The position numbers and the translations under genes are program-made. From contig JAUCBJ010005747.1 in the NCBI GenBank assembly GCA_032718475.1, positions 1 through 51,482 of the forward strand: a DNA stretch of 51,482 nt, given 5' to 3'. Positions 48,305-51,482 of this stretch are shown piece by piece (position 1 is the stretch's first letter; each line of letters begins with the position of its first letter). Source of the DNA: Nemertoderma westbladi (Eukaryota > Animalia > Xenacoelomorpha). The notes beneath the pieces were generated by a model, which worked only from the letters and a program-made list of their open reading frames with translations, did no database searches and was not told the DNA's origin.

Positions 48305-51300
48305 AGGAATGCTTGTTCACCCCATGGGTGATCTTCCACAGTAAACCCTTCCACTCTGTTTCCTAAAGGAATGCCTGTTCACCACCATGGGTGATCTTCC
48401 ACAGTAAACCCTTCCACTATGTTTCCTAAAGGAATGCCTGTTCACCACCATGGTTGATCTACCACAGTAAACCCTTCCAATCTGTTTCGTAAAGGAATGC
48501 CTATTCACCACCATGGGAGATCTTCCACAGTAAACCCTTCCACTCTGTTTCCCAAAGGAATGCCTGTTCACCACCATGGGTGATCTTCCGCAGTAAACCC
48601 TTCCACTCTGCTTCCCAAAGGAATGCCTGTTCACCACCATGGGTGATCTTCCACAATAAACCCTTCCACTCTGTTTCCTAAAGGAATGCCTGTTCACCAC
48701 CATGGGTGATCTTCCACAGTAAACCCTTCCACTCTGTTTCCTAAAGGAATGCCTGTTCACCACCATGGGTGATCTTCCACAGTAAACCCTTCCACTCTGT
48801 TTCCCAAAGGAATACATGTACACCACCATGGGTGATCTTCCACAATAAACCCTTCCACTCTGTTTCCTAAAGGAATGCCTGTTCACCACCATGGGTGATC
48901 TTCCACAGTAAACCCTTCCACTATGTTTCCTAAAGGAATGCCTGTTCACCACCATGGTTGATCTTCCACAGTAAACCCTTCCAATCTGTTTCGTAAAGGA
49001 ATGCCTATTCACCACCATGGGTGATCTTCCACAGTAAACCCTTCCACTCTGTTTCCTAAAGGAATGCCTGTTCACCACCATGGGTGATCTCCCACAGTAA
49101 ACCCTTCCACTCTGTTTCCTAAAGGAATGCCTGTTCACCACCATGGGTGATCTTCCACAGTAAACCCTTCCACTCTGTTTCCTAAAGGAATGCCTGTTCA
49201 CCACCATGGTTGATCTTCCACAGTAAACTCTTCCACTATGTTTCCTAAAGGAATGCCTGTTCACCACCATGGGTGATCTTCCACAGTAAACTCTTCCACT
49301 ATGTTTCCTAAAGGAATGCCTGTTCACCACCATGGGTGATCTTCCACAGTAAACCCTTCCACTCTGTTTCCTAAAGGAATGCCTGTTCACCACCATGGTT
49401 GATCTTCCACAGTAAACTCTTCCACTATGTTTCCTAAAGGAATGCCTGTTCACCACCATGGGTGATCTTCCACAGTAAACCCTTCGACTCTGTTTCCTAA
49501 AGGAATGCCTGTTCACCACCATGGGTGATCTTCCACAGTAAACCCTTCGACTCTGTTTCCTAAAGGAATGCCTGTTCACCACCATGGGTGATCTTCCACA
49601 GTAAACTCTTCCACTATGTTTCCTAAAGGAATGCCTGTTCACCACCATGGTTGATCTACCACAGTAAACCCTTCCAATCTGTTTCGTAAAGGAATGCCTA
49701 TTCACCACCATGGGAGATCTTCCACAGTAAACCCTTCCACTCTGTTTCCCAAAGGAATGCCTGTTCACCACCATGGGTGATCTTCCGCAGTAAACCCTTC
49801 CACTCTGCTTCCCAAAGGAATGCCTGTTCACCACCATGGGTGATCTTCCACAATAAACCCTTCCACTCTGTTTCCTAAAGGAATGCCTGTTCACCACCAT
49901 GGGTGATCTTCCACAGTAAACCCTTCCACTCTGTTTCCTAAAGGAATGCCTGTTCACCACCATGGGTGATCTTCCACAGTAAACCCTTCCACTCTGTTTC
50001 CCAAAGGAATACATGTACACCACCATGGGTGATCTTCCACAATAAACCCTTCCACTCTGTTTCCTAAAGGAATGCCTGTTCACCACCATGGGTGATCTTC
50101 CACAGTAAACCCTTCCACTATGTTTCCTAAAGGAATGCCTGTTCACCACCATGGTTGATCTTCCACAGTAAACCCTTCCAATCTGTTTCGTAAAGGAATG
50201 CCTATTCACCACCATGGGTGATCTTCCACAGTAAACCCTTCCACTCTGTTTCCCAAAGGAATGCCTGTTCACCACCATGGGTGATCTTCCGCAGTAAACC
50301 CTTCCACTCTGCTTCCCAAAGGAATGCCTGTTCACCACCATGGGTGATCTTCCACAATAAACCCTTCCACTCTGTTTCCTAAAGGAATGCCTGTTCACCA
50401 CCATGGGTGATCTTCCACAGTAAACCCTTCCACTCTGTTTCCTAAAGGAATGCCTGTTCACCACCATGGGTGATCTTCCACAGTAAACCCTTCCACTCTG
50501 TTTCCCAAAGGAATACATGTACACCACCATGGGTGATCTTCCACAATAAACCCTTCCACTCTGTTTCCTAAAGGAATGCCTGTTCACCACCATGGGTGAT
50601 CTTCCACAGTAAACCCTTCCACTATGTTTCCTAAAGGAATGCCTGTTCACCACCATGGTTGATCTTCCACAGTAAACCCTTCCAATCTGTTTCGTAAAGG
50701 AATGCCTATTCACCACCATGGGTGATCTTCCACAGTAAACCCTTCCACTCTGTTTCCTAAAGGAATGCCTGTTCACCACCATGGGTGATCTCCCACAGTA
50801 AACCCTTCCACTCTGTTTCCTAAAGGAATGCCTGTTCACCACCATGGGTGATCTTCCACAGTAAACCCTTCCACTCTGTTTCCTAAAGGAATGCCTGTTC
50901 ACCACCATGGTTGATCTTCCACAGTAAACTCTTCCACTATGTTTCCTAAAGGAATGCCTGTTCACCACCATGGGTGATCTTCCACAGTAAACTCTTCCAC
51001 TATGTTTCCTAAAGGAATGCCTGTTCACCACCATGGGTGATCTTCCACAGTAAACCCTTCCACTCTGTTTCCTAAAGGAATGCCTGTTCACCACCATGGT
51101 TGATCTTCCACAGTAAACTCTTCCACTATGTTTCCTAAAGGAATGCCTGTTCACCACCATGGGTGATCTTCCACAGTAAACCCTTCGACTCTGTTTCCTA
51201 AAGGAATGCCTGTTCACCACCATGGGTGATCTTCCACAGTAAACCCTTCGACTCTGTTTCCTAAAGGAATGCCTGTTCACCACCATGGGTGATCTTCCAC

Positions 51301-51482
51301 AGTAAACTCTTCCACTATGTTTCCTAAAGGAATGCCTGTTCACCACCATGGTTGATCTTCCACAGTAAACTCTTCCACAATGTTTCCTAAAGGAATGCCT
51401 GTTCACCACCATGGGTGATCTTCCACAGTAAACTCTTCCACTATGTTTCCTAAAGGAATGCCTGTTCACCACCATGGGTGAT
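48305..51482. repeat. 63-bp minisatellite with higher-order blocks, ~50 copies, runs off the window end
   Basis: Unit AAGGAATGCCTGTTCACCACCATGGGTGATCTTCCACAGTAAACCCTTCCACTCTGTTTCCTA. Confidence 0.97.

Noticed and set aside
48317-51475. 1052-aa ORF or decayed C2H2 zinc-finger array (HGGEQAF in another frame)
   Set aside because: The unit is 63 bp, not 84, there is no CxxC...HxxxH spacing, and there is no unique flanking coding sequence.
1-51482. CRISPR arrays suggested by 29-49-bp repeats
   Set aside because: Units are contiguous with no unique spacers, there are no cas genes, and the context is spliceosomal.

Overview
AT-rich, intron-containing animal DNA, most likely a marine invertebrate (inference). 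About 40% of the window is tandem minisatellite. Genes: (1) the last exon of a PHM-like copper monooxygenase (+, 3123-3348); (2) a complete 7-exon NR2E nuclear receptor closest to dissatisfaction/dsf (-, 40982 to 12032, 1464 nt, 487 aa, all splice phases compatible); (3) an intronless PCED1/FAM113 SGNH-hydrolase ORF nested antisense in NR2E intron 1 (+, 33012-34607); (4) the first two exons of a CCDC83-like gene (+, from 42070), head-to-head with the NR2E gene. NR2E intron 5 holds a 29-bp minisatellite split by a 6.6-kb CCC...GGG, 2-bp-TSD (CMC/EnSpm-type) DNA transposon. This element has no visible transposase but carries its own 3-exon gene, a hAT MITE, a LINE fragment and two further tandem arrays. 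Two cross-cutting patterns stand out: several arrays start at exon boundaries and multiply a functional signal (stop codons, donor, branch-point-like motif), and RFX X-box-like palindromes recur in unrelated repeat units, including a coding one. All family assignments are from recalled motifs, not database searches.
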